Of a DNA stretch of 64,000 nucleotides, positions 1-7,917 are shown piece after piece. Numbering within the stretch: position 1 is the first letter of the stretch; each line of letters opens with the position of its first letter. The notes under the pieces were generated by a model. That model searched no databases. It was not told where the DNA came from and was given only the letters and a program-made list of their open reading frames with translations. Location of the stretch: contig SXON01000240.1 of assembly GCA_005778355.1 (NCBI GenBank), positions 8,938 through 72,937 on the forward strand, read 5' to 3'. The position numbers were made by a program, and so were the translations under genes. The DNA comes from Pseudomonadota bacterium. Its GTDB lineage: Bacteria > Myxococcota_A > UBA796 > SXON01.

Positions 1-1377
1 CTGTTTTACGCCTGGCAGGCGAAGAAGCTCGCCGACCGCGAGGGGCGCACCGACATCTGCGCCCTGCCCTACGGCATCAACACCGTGTCGCTGTTCGGGC
101 ATGTCTTCCTCGTGATGTTGCCGGCCAAGCTCGGCGCGGAAGCCGCGGGACACCCCGACCCCGCCACGGTGGCCTGGCAGGCCGGTCTCGCCGCCACGCT
201 GGGCTCGGGCCTCATCGAGGCGGTCGGCGCGCTGGTGGCGGAGCGGGTGCGCAAGGCCACGCCCCGGGCGGCGCTCTTGTCCACGCTCGCGGGGATCGCG
301 CTCTCCTTCATCGCGCTCGGCTTCCTCTTCCGCACCTTCGCGCGCCCGGTGGTGGGACTCGCGACGCTCGGCGTGGTGCTCCTCACCTACTTTGGACGCG
401 TGAAGTTCCGGGGTGGACTCCCCGGCGGGCTGGTGGCGGTGCTGCTGGGGACGGCCCTGGGCTGGGCCACGGGCATCGCCCCGGTGGGCCCGTCTCCGGG
501 CGCGCCGTTCTTGCACCTGCCGATCCCGGTGGTGGGCGACCTGTTGGCTTCCCTCCCCTACCTGCTCCCCTACATGGCGGTGATCGTGCCCATGGGGCTC
601 TTCAACCTCGTGGGGAGCTTGCAGAACATCGAGTCAGCCGAGGCGGCGGGCGACCGCTTCCCCACCGCGCCCTCTCTCGCGGTGAACGGGCTCGGGAGCA
701 TCGCGGCGGCGCTTTTCGGCTCCACCTTCCCCACCACCATCTACATCGGTCACCCGGGCTGGAAGGCGATGGGGGCGCGGGCCGGCTACTCGGTGCTCAA
801 CGCCGCGTTCGCCACGGTGGTGTGTCTCACCGGCACCCTGGCGCACATCGCCTGGGCGATCCCCATCGAGGCCGGGATGGCGATTGTCTTGTGGATCGGC
901 ATCGTGATCACCGCGCAGGCCTTCGTGGCCACCCCCCAGAAGCACGCAGCCGCCGTGGTGGTGGGGCTTCTGCCCGGCGTGGGCGCCTGGGGCGCGCTGA
1001 TGGCCAAGAACGGCCTGCGCGCGGCTGGCTATGGCAGCGAGAAGCCCTTCACCGAGGAGCTCATCGGCAAGTTCGCGCCGAGCGACACCTGGATCCACGG
1101 CGCCTTCGCGCTCGAGCAGGGCTTCATCTTCACGGCGATGGTGCTCGCGGCGGTCACCGTCTACATCATCGAGCGTCGTTTCCGCGTGGCTGCCGGGTGG
1201 GCGGCCCTGGGTGCCGTGCTCTCGGCCACTGGGCTGGCACACGCGTACCAGTTCACCTTCGGCGACGCGGCGATGGCGCTGTTTCCCGCGTGGGAACACG
1301 CCATCGGCTACGGGGTGATGGCGCTACTGTTGCTCGTGGCGGAGTGGGTGACGGTGGAGGACGAGGGGGGGCATTGA
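1..1377 (+). CDS. NCS2/AzgA-like nucleobase permease family membrane protein (5' end outside window)
   Basis: Frame 1 is open from base 1, so the GTG at 85 is probably internal and the N-terminus lies upstream. The product is polytopic (GIALSFIALGFLF, AVIVPMGLFNLVGSLQNIESAEAAGD, AIPIEAGMAIVLWIGIVITAQAF). Family assigned from memory of xanthine/uracil permease-like sequences. Confidence 0.5.
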   Translation: MFYAWQAKKLADREGRTDICALPYGINTVSLFGHVFLVMLPAKLGAEAAGHPDPATVAWQAGLAATLGSGLIEAVGALVAERVRKATPRAALLSTLAGIALSFIALGFLFRTFARPVVGLATLGVVLLTYFGRVKFRGGLPGGLVAVLLGTALGWATGIAPVGPSPGAPFLHLPIPVVGDLLASLPYLLPYMAVIVPMGLFNLVGSLQNIESAEAAGDRFPTAPSLAVNGLGSIAAALFGSTFPTTIYIGHPGWKAMGARAGYSVLNAAFATVVCLTGTLAHIAWAIPIEAGMAIVLWIGIVITAQAFVATPQKHAAAVVVGLLPGVGAWGALMAKNGLRAAGYGSEKPFTEELIGKFAPSDTWIHGAFALEQGFIFTAMVLAAVTVYIIERRFRVAAGWAALGAVLSATGLAHAYQFTFGDAAMALFPAWEHAIGYGVMALLLLVAEWVTVEDEGGH

Positions 1378-1386
1378 GCGAAGTGG

Positions 1387-1719
1387 TCAGTCGGTGAGGG
1401 CGGACTGGACGGATTCGAAGCAGCCCTCGAACGCCGTAATGAACACGTCGTAGCAAACGATAAGCTCATCGCTGGACTTCGGCTGCGCCGCGAGCGCGGA
1501 GGTACTCCCAGTTTCATAGTAGGCGCAGTATGCGTCAGCCTCCGCCTCCAGCTCACCCGATGCTGCGACGCCGTCCACCCCAGCACGCACGGCGGCGAGA
1601 GAGCCCGCCTCACACCCCTCGGCACCCCAGTATTGGGCCGCGTGAGGGGGACATGGGGCGTCGCCCCAGCACCCGGCGAGGCCTACGAGGAAGTGCGCTC
1701 CGATGGCTGAGCGGTTCAC
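1387..1719 (-). CDS. Small Cys-containing lipoprotein D' (third gene of cassette copy 2; candidate partner/immunity protein)
   Basis: The GTG at 1719 overlaps the TGA of the upstream gene (GTGA), with GAGGAG 5 nt upstream. The predicted signal is (M)NRSAIGAHFLVGLAG|C. The mature protein is acidic with 6 Cys. It has no visible similarity to D at 3958..4296. Confidence 0.55.
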   Translation of the reverse strand: MNRSAIGAHFLVGLAGCWGDAPCPPHAAQYWGAEGCEAGSLAAVRAGVDGVAASGELEAEADAYCAYYETGSTSALAAQPKSSDELIVCYDVFITAFEGCFESVQSALTD

Positions 1720-3110
1720 TGGCACTCCTCGGGGACCTTGTCCTGCTCCACCCGCCAACTCCCGTCCTCGACGCCCGGGGTGAGGAGTCGGGCCTCGAAC
1801 TCCCAGGTGCTCATCGATGCGCCGGAGGACTCTTGCTCCAGCAGGTCACAAATCCGCTGGTCGCTCCAACGGCCGTCGAAATTGCGGTCACCGCGATCCA
1901 CCATCCCCGTCCGGGCCGCGACCTTCAGCCCCCACCGCGCAGGCACCCGCCAGCCGCAACACGCTCCGCCGCAGTGGTACGGCACGTGGTCCCAGGCGTG
2001 CACAACATGGTACAACTCATGCAAGATGTCAGTCGCGAGCGATAGTACGAAGCTCATCCCAAAGCGGCACGCGAGGGTTGCGTTGCCGACGTACATCGTG
2101 GCGGCGGCCATGCGGGCCGGAATTTGCTCGTCCTCCGGCAACTCGTCCCAGCCCTCCCCATTGTACTGCGCGCCCTCCCGGTACGCCCAGTACAAACGGT
2201 GAGCCTCGAATAGCGCAAGGTCGGTCGCGGTCCCGACGCACTCCACGTACAGATTACACAGGTGAATTGAGTTGAAGATCGGATCGGTGACGCCGTTCCT
2301 GGTGAAGTCCCAAGCGTAGCCCGTCCCGAAAGGACAATCCTCGGAATCGTCAGGCGTGCACCGCGAACCGAAGCCGCAGGCGTTCACCTCGAAGAAGGTC
2401 CAGGAGTCGACGAGGAGCGACCACGTCGACTTGTCGCCGCCCAGCAGCGCATCGATACTCGCACGAATGCCGGCGCAACCATGCAACTCGTCGGGGATCA
2501 TCCACGTGTAGGTATCCAGCAGGCTCAGGGCGTGAAGGACGACGTGCCAGGCGGGGCTATCCTCCGCGATCCCGGTCCAGAACTTCCCAACGTCGTGAAA
2601 GCCCGTGAACGCCTCGATCCAGCCCCCGTACGTAGAGAAGTCGTGTCGGGCATACAGGTCACGGTCACTCCAGTAGCGCGGCATCAGGGCCCGCAAGGTT
2701 TGCACGCGCGCCTCGGCGGTACCGGGCGGCTGGTAGGTGGAGTCGATTGCATAATCGAATGCGCCGCAGGTCACGACATCGAGCACGGGGGAGATTCCCT
2801 TGTAGTGCCTCGACGCGGACCGTGCGGAAACAGGACGCGCGCCGGACGGCCAGACGGCGGCGACGGCAATCGGCTGGCGATCTTCCCGGAGCGGCAATCT
2901 GGTGAGAAGTCGCGAGGGGCGACGGCCACCGCACGGGATCGCATGGGGAACCTGCTCGTGGGCAGCGGCGGCCCGACCACCGCAGCGGCACGATGCGCCA
3001 GAAGCGCTGCAGGCGTGACCGCAGTCGCAGGCGGTGTCCCTCGCGGTACGCGACGCCCGGCGAGCGCGGCGCCCCCAGTCCACCTCCGGCGCGATCCGCC
3101 CCCGCGCCAC
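1716..3110 (-). CDS. C': protein with conserved N-terminal tag, CxCGxxCx6CxC knuckle and HExxH zincin-like motif
   Basis: 464-aa ORF with high GC3. The GTG start lies 1 nt after the stop of B'. N-terminus is MARGRIAPEVDWGR, followed by C28-x-C-G-x-x-C-x6-C-x-C43. DILHELYHVVHAWDH is encoded at 1986..2021. No signal peptide. Confidence 0.65.
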   Translation of the reverse strand: MARGRIAPEVDWGRRARRASRTARDTACDCGHACSASGASCRCGGRAAAAHEQVPHAIPCGGRRPSRLLTRLPLREDRQPIAVAAVWPSGARPVSARSASRHYKGISPVLDVVTCGAFDYAIDSTYQPPGTAEARVQTLRALMPRYWSDRDLYARHDFSTYGGWIEAFTGFHDVGKFWTGIAEDSPAWHVVLHALSLLDTYTWMIPDELHGCAGIRASIDALLGGDKSTWSLLVDSWTFFEVNACGFGSRCTPDDSEDCPFGTGYAWDFTRNGVTDPIFNSIHLCNLYVECVGTATDLALFEAHRLYWAYREGAQYNGEGWDELPEDEQIPARMAAATMYVGNATLACRFGMSFVLSLATDILHELYHVVHAWDHVPYHCGGACCGWRVPARWGLKVAARTGMVDRGDRNFDGRWSDQRICDLLEQESSGASMSTWEFEARLLTPGVEDGSWRVEQDKVPEECQ

Positions 3111-3420
3111 GCTACTGCCCCTTGAGCGTGACGTAGAGCACGCCGCAACAGGTCGCCTCCCTGGGCACGGTCACGCCGGTGTGCAGGCGCCACTTGAGCT
3201 GCAAGCGGACGCGTTGCATGTGGTGGGTGGTCGCCGGGATGTTGGTGATCGCCACCATGCCCGGACCCGCCGTGGTCTGGTCGGTGGGTGTAGCGCCGTT
3301 GCCGAAGAAGGGGAGCGAGGTCACCTCGTGGTCGTCGCCCCACCCCGCGAAGAGATCGACGTTCCAGTCGATCTCGTTGATGCCCACGTCGTCGAGCAAC
3401 CAACGGTGTTGTATCGACTC
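3071..3420. repeat. Conserved junction segment, copy 2 (about 90% identical by eye to 5867..6212)
   Basis: Manual alignment shows long identical runs, e.g. ctccggcgcgatccgcccccgcgccacgctactgccccttgagcgtgacgtagagcacgccgc. The segment covers the first ~14 codons of C' and the last ~100 codons of B'. Confidence 0.8.
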
Positions 3421-3549
3421 GCGGTGCGGAACGAGCCCCTCCGGCTCGGGGACGTCGCGACCTTCGACCTTGCTCGTGTTGGTACGGCTGCCGAACTCGT
3501 TGCGCCTGGGCGCGAATAAGATGCCGATGACGCGACTGCGAACTCCCAT
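3112..3549 (-). CDS. B': small beta-rich protein of unknown family (first gene of cassette copy 2)
   Basis: The ATG at 3549 is preceded by AGGGAG (minus strand AAGGGAGTGCCCTATG). 145 aa, no signal peptide. The C-terminal ~95 aa are about 87% identical to B (INEIDWNVD.FAGW...TSLPFFG.GATP.DQTTAGPGM.AITNIPATTH...LQLKWRLHTGVTVP...GVLYVTLKGQ). The N-terminal ~45 aa are diverged. Confidence 0.65.
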   Translation of the reverse strand: MGVRSRVIGILFAPRRNEFGSRTNTSKVEGRDVPEPEGLVPHRESIQHRWLLDDVGINEIDWNVDLFAGWGDDHEVTSLPFFGNGATPTDQTTAGPGMVAITNIPATTHHMQRVRLQLKWRLHTGVTVPREATCCGVLYVTLKGQ

Positions 3550-3748
3550 AGGGCACTCCCTTGGGTGGTTGAGGAGCCCTCGGTGACGGGGCTCACCGTT
3601 GCGACGCCGTTGGGGACTGCCTGACACCCCGGCCAGCGTCGAAACCGCATCTCGAGGTTGTCGACCGATTTGCTCTGACATCGTTGCCATCGACGCTGCA
3701 GCGCGGTCAACGTCGTGGTCCACCTCGGCGATGCCCCCACCGAGGCGA

Positions 3749-3829
3749 GTCTTCATCGTGGTCCAGCGCCCGCTCTCGCCCCTCGTCGATGATGAGCACG
3801 AGCGGCCGGTTCCCATCAACGCAGTCCTC
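3749..3829 (-). pseudogene. Fragment of a second copy of the 3' end of gene A (6530..7567)
   Basis: Translation EDCVDGNRPLVLIIDEGRERALDHDED matches the A C-terminus EDCVAGKRPLVLTIDDGRERALDVYED at 21 of 27 positions, and the DNA is also alignable. No upstream remainder of an A-like gene is present. Confidence 0.55.
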
Positions 3830-3957
3830 CGCCTCGGCCGGCGTCAGCCGCCGGACGTGGCCGCATGTGACTTGCCGCGCATCGAATTGTCCCCGAGCCA
3901 CCCAGAGCGCCGCCTTTCACCCGGCGGGGTGTCCGACTACGGCCGGAGCCAGAACCG

Positions 3958-4296
3958 TCACTCAACATAGCGCCAGCATTCCCAATAGGGGACGTCGTTG
4001 CCGTCGCAGGTGACGTGTCCGGTGCGGGCGACGTCTCTAGTTGCATCGCGAAAGCTGCAATCGTGGCGGCTCATCGCTGCACCTAGCCTGCCTAGGTCGA
4101 GTGAACGCACCGAGGAGGCGTCGTCGCAGGTTGTGGAATCGCTGCACCAATACTCGATGGTGTTCGCCGAGTCCTCGGGGAGGTCGTCGGCTTCATCGTA
4201 CCACTCGCAGATAGTCTCTTGAGGTACCCACTCGCGCTCTCGACATCCCGCCACCGCAAGCCCGGCACCAACGACCACGCATGCGCGGGACTTCAA
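3958..4296 (-). CDS. Small Cys-rich lipoprotein D (third gene of cassette copy 1; candidate partner/immunity protein)
   Basis: The TTG at 4296 overlaps the TGA of C (TTGA), with AGGTGA 5 nt upstream. The predicted signal is (M)KSRACVVVGAGLAVAG|C. The mature protein is acidic with 8 Cys. Confidence 0.55.
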   Translation of the reverse strand: MKSRACVVVGAGLAVAGCREREWVPQETICEWYDEADDLPEDSANTIEYWCSDSTTCDDASSVRSLDLGRLGAAMSRHDCSFRDATRDVARTGHVTCDGNDVPYWECWRYVE

Positions 4297-5906
4297 AGCG
4301 TCACCTGGATCGATTCGTTCTTGCCCGTCTTCGAGCACGCGGCTGGCGTGGCCAGTGTGGCAACGCTCGAAGTCCGCCGCAGGCCGAAGGCGGTCGTCGC
4401 GTAGCTGTCGCCTTCCGGAGACGTGTCGCAGCCACTCGTACCGTCGCCCGAGGCCCGCCCCGTGAACACATTCAACGGGCGAATGAAGATATTCCGCGCC
4501 TCAAGGGTCTGCACCTCGCCACCCGCTGCGGGGTCGAGGTACCGCGCCAACCGCGCACGGTCGCGCTGCCGACCTACCCCGTCGGCGAGCGGCCGCACCC
4601 ACTCGTAGGTGTCAGAGTGGAGCGTGGCCCAGGTCCCGTCCGTCACGGAGCTCATCGAGGTGAACGTCGGCGTGAGCCCGTACAGGGCCGCGAAGCGTCC
4701 GAGGCCCAGCACCTCCATCTTCTTGCGCGGGCACGCCGTCCCGCTGCCGTCGAGGTACTGGCAGTGGTTCCAGATCTCGAAGTGCACGTGCTCGTGCAGG
4801 ATCACCGCAGCGATGTAGGCGAGCTCCGCGAAGGCGACCTTGGCGCAGCCCAGACCAGCATAGTAGGTCGCAGGGTTGGTATCCTCGAGCGAGCGCGAGT
4901 GGAGACGCCATGCCCACCACAGCAAGTAGTCCGCGAGGATGGCTTGCTCGAGGAGGCTCTGTCCCAGCGCGATGACGAAGGCAGTGCTCGCAATGGCCTC
5001 CCCCTTGCCAAGATGCCCGACGGTAATCCGCCCGTCCGCCGTCATCACGAGGACCGCCTCGTCGCTTCCCAACCGGGCGGCATCCGACAGGTGCACCTCG
5101 AGCCGCTCGGCACGGATGTCCGCCCGGGTGTCCTCGTACCGGTCCTTCAGTCCCTGCGACACTGTGTTCGGCATCCTGGACGCGGCAATGAGCTGGAGCG
5201 CGTGACAGGTGGCGCGGAACATCACGCCGTCGCCCTCGTCCCAGAAACAGCCCTTGATCTTCGGCTGCTGGTTCACCCGGATGTTGGTCGCGATGCTATG
5301 CCAGCCGATGCGGTCGGCACCCATGTACTCGGGCATGTACGCCTGGAACATCTCCCGCTTGGACGTCCTCGGCTCGTAGCCCTCCGGAAGCACCGGCGCG
5401 AGCGAGAGCGTCGCGCCGTTGACGACCATCGGCCCGATGTCGATCCGGCAACGGTCGCGGAGCAGGCGCACGTCCCTGGCCCACGCGACCTCGAGCTGCT
5501 CGTCTCCGCACACCGGGTCGATCGGCTCTCCGTACTTTCGCTCCTCGCGCCGCTGCTGCGCCGCGGCAGCCAGATCGGCGAGCGTGCGCCCGTAGCCCGC
5601 GGGGGCGTGTCTAAACTGCCAGCCTGCGTACCTCGCGGAGTTCCAGGGCGGCGGGACCTCGGCATCATCCGGCTCCGCCATGCCATGGAGCATGGCGGTG
5701 TCTCGCCGAGCAGAGCCCCGCGGCGGCGCCGCAGGGGCCGGCCGCGCGGGACCGCCAGGCACCACAGGGGGGCGGGATCGGCAGTTGCACGGCGAGCCCG
5801 CCCCGCCACAGGTGCCTCCGCACCCACAGCCGCCACGCGCGGTCGACCCGCCGGAAACGTGCGTGCGCCCCCAGTCGACCTCCGGCGCGATCCGCCCCCG
5901 CGCCAC
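4293..5906 (-). CDS. C: protein with conserved N-terminal tag, CxCGxxCx6CxC knuckle, Pro/Arg-rich linker and HExxH zincin-like motif
   Basis: 537-aa ORF. The GTG start lies 1 nt after the stop of B. N-terminus is MARGRIAPEVDWGR, followed by C27-x-C-G-x-x-C-x6-C-x-C42 (5781..5828). VILHEHVHFEIWNH is encoded at 4764..4796. No signal peptide. Confidence 0.65.
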   Translation of the reverse strand: MARGRIAPEVDWGRTHVSGGSTARGGCGCGGTCGGAGSPCNCRSRPPVVPGGPARPAPAAPPRGSARRDTAMLHGMAEPDDAEVPPPWNSARYAGWQFRHAPAGYGRTLADLAAAAQQRREERKYGEPIDPVCGDEQLEVAWARDVRLLRDRCRIDIGPMVVNGATLSLAPVLPEGYEPRTSKREMFQAYMPEYMGADRIGWHSIATNIRVNQQPKIKGCFWDEGDGVMFRATCHALQLIAASRMPNTVSQGLKDRYEDTRADIRAERLEVHLSDAARLGSDEAVLVMTADGRITVGHLGKGEAIASTAFVIALGQSLLEQAILADYLLWWAWRLHSRSLEDTNPATYYAGLGCAKVAFAELAYIAAVILHEHVHFEIWNHCQYLDGSGTACPRKKMEVLGLGRFAALYGLTPTFTSMSSVTDGTWATLHSDTYEWVRPLADGVGRQRDRARLARYLDPAAGGEVQTLEARNIFIRPLNVFTGRASGDGTSGCDTSPEGDSYATTAFGLRRTSSVATLATPAACSKTGKNESIQVTL

Positions 5907-6212
5907 GCTACTGCCCCTTGAGCGTGACGTAGAGCACGCCGCTGAAGGTCGCCTCCTGGGGCACGGTCACGCCCGTGTGCAGGCGCCACTTGAGCTGCAA
6001 GCGGACGTGCTGCATGTAGTGGGTGGTCGCCGGGATGTTGGTGATCGCCGCCATGCCCGGACCCGCCGTGGTCTGGTCGCTGGGCGTGGCGCCGCTGCCG
6101 AAGAAGGGGAGCGAGGTCAGTTCGTGGTCGCGGTCCCAGCCCGCGAAGAAATCGACGTTCCAGTCGATCTCGTTGATGCCCACGTCGAGCAACCCCTGCA
6201 ACTGCATCGACT
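5867..6212. repeat. Conserved junction segment, copy 1 (partner of 3071..3420)
   Basis: See 3071..3420. Outside this segment the two cassette copies are not obviously alignable at DNA level. Confidence 0.8.
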
Positions 6213-6342
6213 CCGCATGTGGCAGTAGGCCCGCGAGCTCGGGCAGGTCGAGATCGTCGTACTTGTACGTCGACGTGCTGTCGGCGAACATGCGGAACTT
6301 GAGCGTGAAGGGGATCGCGACGACGCGGCTGCGAACGGCCAT
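5908..6342 (-). CDS. B: small beta-rich protein of unknown family (first gene of cassette copy 1)
   Basis: The ATG at 6342 is preceded by AGGAGA 5 nt upstream (minus strand CACAGGAGAACCCATG). 144 aa, no Cys, no signal peptide. The longer 293-aa ORF in the track has no support upstream of this start. Confidence 0.65.
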   Translation of the reverse strand: MAVRSRVVAIPFTLKFRMFADSTSTYKYDDLDLPELAGLLPHAESMQLQGLLDVGINEIDWNVDFFAGWDRDHELTSLPFFGSGATPSDQTTAGPGMAAITNIPATTHYMQHVRLQLKWRLHTGVTVPQEATFSGVLYVTLKGQ

Positions 6343-6359
6343 GGGTTCTCCTGTGGACG

Positions 6360-6400
6360 GTGAAGGAGCCCCCGTGAAGGAGCCCCCGTGAAGGAGCCCC
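6360..6400. repeat. Tandem 14-bp repeat gtgaaggagccccc x3 in the leader of gene B
   Basis: Units lie at 6360-6373, 6374-6387 and 6388-6400 (13/14), with a partial fourth copy near 6412-6420. The period is not a multiple of 3, so the repeat is non-coding. Only one degenerate copy lies upstream of B'. Confidence 0.85.
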
Positions 6401-6529
6401 GAGCTTCGATGCCCGTGAAGATTACCGGCCCCCCTCGCCTGGGTCAACATGCCGCGTGCAACATTCAAAACTATTCTCGATGACGTCGTTCTCATCGGCA
6501 CCGCAGCATGATCGACGTCGTGACCCATG

Positions 6530-7567
6530 TCAGTCACCCCCACACAACGGCCAGTCCTCATAAACGTCCAACGCCCGTTCTCGCCCGTCGTCGATGGTGA
6601 GCACCAGCGGACGTTTCCCTGCCACGCAGTCCTCCGTCCCGAGGAGCGCGAGACCCTCGATGTTGTCGTCTCCCGGGTAGTCGTAGATGGCCTCCAGGTC
6701 GAGTGCGCCGGCCGTCGACGAGAGCCGGTACACACCCAGGTCGTTGTGGTCGCCCCCGTGCCAAGCGTACAGGCGCGCCGTGGAGGCATCCCACTCCAGG
6801 GCGCTCAGATCATCGCGGGCGGACTGGTATTCACCTACGTGCTCGAACTCAACACCGGTATCCGAGAGGTCGAAAACGTGAACCAAGCCGCCGTTCTGGG
6901 TGCCCACGAAGAAGAGCCCGCCATGCCCGAGCTCCGAGGTCCGCGCCGCGCCGGACTCGTCCACGAAGCCCCCCTCGGCGAGCGCCGCGTCGGGCACGAA
7001 AGCGAGGCCCTCGGAGCCGAGGGAACCGGAGGTGGGCAAGTAGGGGCTCGTGTCCCACGTCAAGCCAAGGCTCGCCACGCCGGAAGCGGACACCTCGGCA
7101 GACTGGATTCGCTCCTCGTGCTCCACCATCAAGTAGATGACACTCGGCGCGCCGGTCGGATCGGGCACCACCACCGATTCCAGGTCGAGGTCCCCGAGGT
7201 CGGCCTCGCGGTCGATGGCCCAGGCGCCGTCCCCGTCGCGGGTGAGCGTCCACGCGGTGGCTCCGTCGCCCCGGACCACCCACAGCTCCCGGGTGACGGG
7301 GTTCCAGGTTGCGCCGGACAGCGAGATCTCGAAATCTTCCTCCAGCCCCGCGAGGGCGGTGACGTCGGGCGGCAAGGATGCCGGCCAGGGGAGAAGCTCG
7401 CTGGCGCCGGTGTCGTTCCCGGAGTCAGCGCCGCTGTCGACGCCGGAATCAGCGCCGGTGTCCCCTGGTGAGTCCCCAGCCGCGGTGTCGATAGCCGAGT
7501 CTCCAAGCGCCGAGTCACCCCCGCCGATCCTCACCGAGTCGGGCGCGCAAGCAAACAGCATCCACAT
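6530..7567 (-). CDS. A: lipoprotein with SdiA-regulated/phytase-like beta-propeller-type domain
   Basis: Start chosen at the ATG at 7567 (MWMLFAC lipobox). The sequence is rich in short beta-strand repeats (LSGATWNP..RELWVV, GLFFVGTQNGGLVHVFD, LSALEWDASTARLYAW, IEGLALL), resembling SdiA-regulated/esterase-like-phytase families. Family call is tentative. Confidence 0.5.
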   Translation of the reverse strand: MWMLFACAPDSVRIGGGDSALGDSAIDTAAGDSPGDTGADSGVDSGADSGNDTGASELLPWPASLPPDVTALAGLEEDFEISLSGATWNPVTRELWVVRGDGATAWTLTRDGDGAWAIDREADLGDLDLESVVVPDPTGAPSVIYLMVEHEERIQSAEVSASGVASLGLTWDTSPYLPTSGSLGSEGLAFVPDAALAEGGFVDESGAARTSELGHGGLFFVGTQNGGLVHVFDLSDTGVEFEHVGEYQSARDDLSALEWDASTARLYAWHGGDHNDLGVYRLSSTAGALDLEAIYDYPGDDNIEGLALLGTEDCVAGKRPLVLTIDDGRERALDVYEDWPLCGGD

Positions 7568-7637
7568 CCCCCCAAGATACCCCCTCGCCCATCCCTCTGT
7601 GCGCTCTGTGGCTCTGTGCGAGCCCCTCTTGCCCCCC
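7545..7637. repeat. Leader/promoter segment of gene A, copy 1 (similar to 7965..8049)
   Basis: ccacatcccc..aaga.acccc.t.gccc.tccctc.gtgc...ctctgtgcgagcc.ctcttgcccc is shared by both copies. Copy 1 carries a ~10-nt insertion. Confidence 0.7.
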
Positions 7638-7917
7638 ACCCGCTCCCACGCCGCCGGGCACGCGGCGAGCGCACACCAGTCGCCTCGGCACCTCCGCCTC
7701 CCGTCGTGAGCGATTGCTGCATGGACCGGAATCGTCGTGAGTACAGTGCGCTCCAACCGGACGCGCGGCCGCTTCCCGCGCCGACCCGGGCTGACGACCC
7801 GACGAAAACGGCGGTTTGTCCGTCGCGCCCCCCCTTCGGTCGTGCCTCGACGCCCTCGCGGTCGCCTGCCGTGTCATTCCAGTCACCCTGTGCTCACGAC
7901 GAGTGCGGTTCGCATCG

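Noticed and set aside
3105-3116. Programmed frameshift or stop-codon readthrough fusing B to C (and the same at 5901..5912)
   Set aside because: C is in the +1 frame relative to B. However, the sequence CAG-TAG-C-GTG has no slippery motif like the prfB CUU-UGA-C site, and a GTG start immediately follows the stop. Termination-reinitiation coupling is the simpler reading. Proteomics would be needed to exclude a fusion.
4281-5921. 546-aa plus-strand ORF covering gene C
   Set aside because: It is antisense to the C frame, which has the RBS-coupled start, the conserved tag and the HExxH motif. Its own translation is Arg/Pro/Gly-rich with no motif.
6360-6400. CRISPR array (also considered for 16830..16885 and 59047..59109)
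   Set aside because: There are only 2-3 units, they are directly abutting or have 3-6 nt between them, there are no spacer-sized unique inserts, and no cas genes lie in the window.
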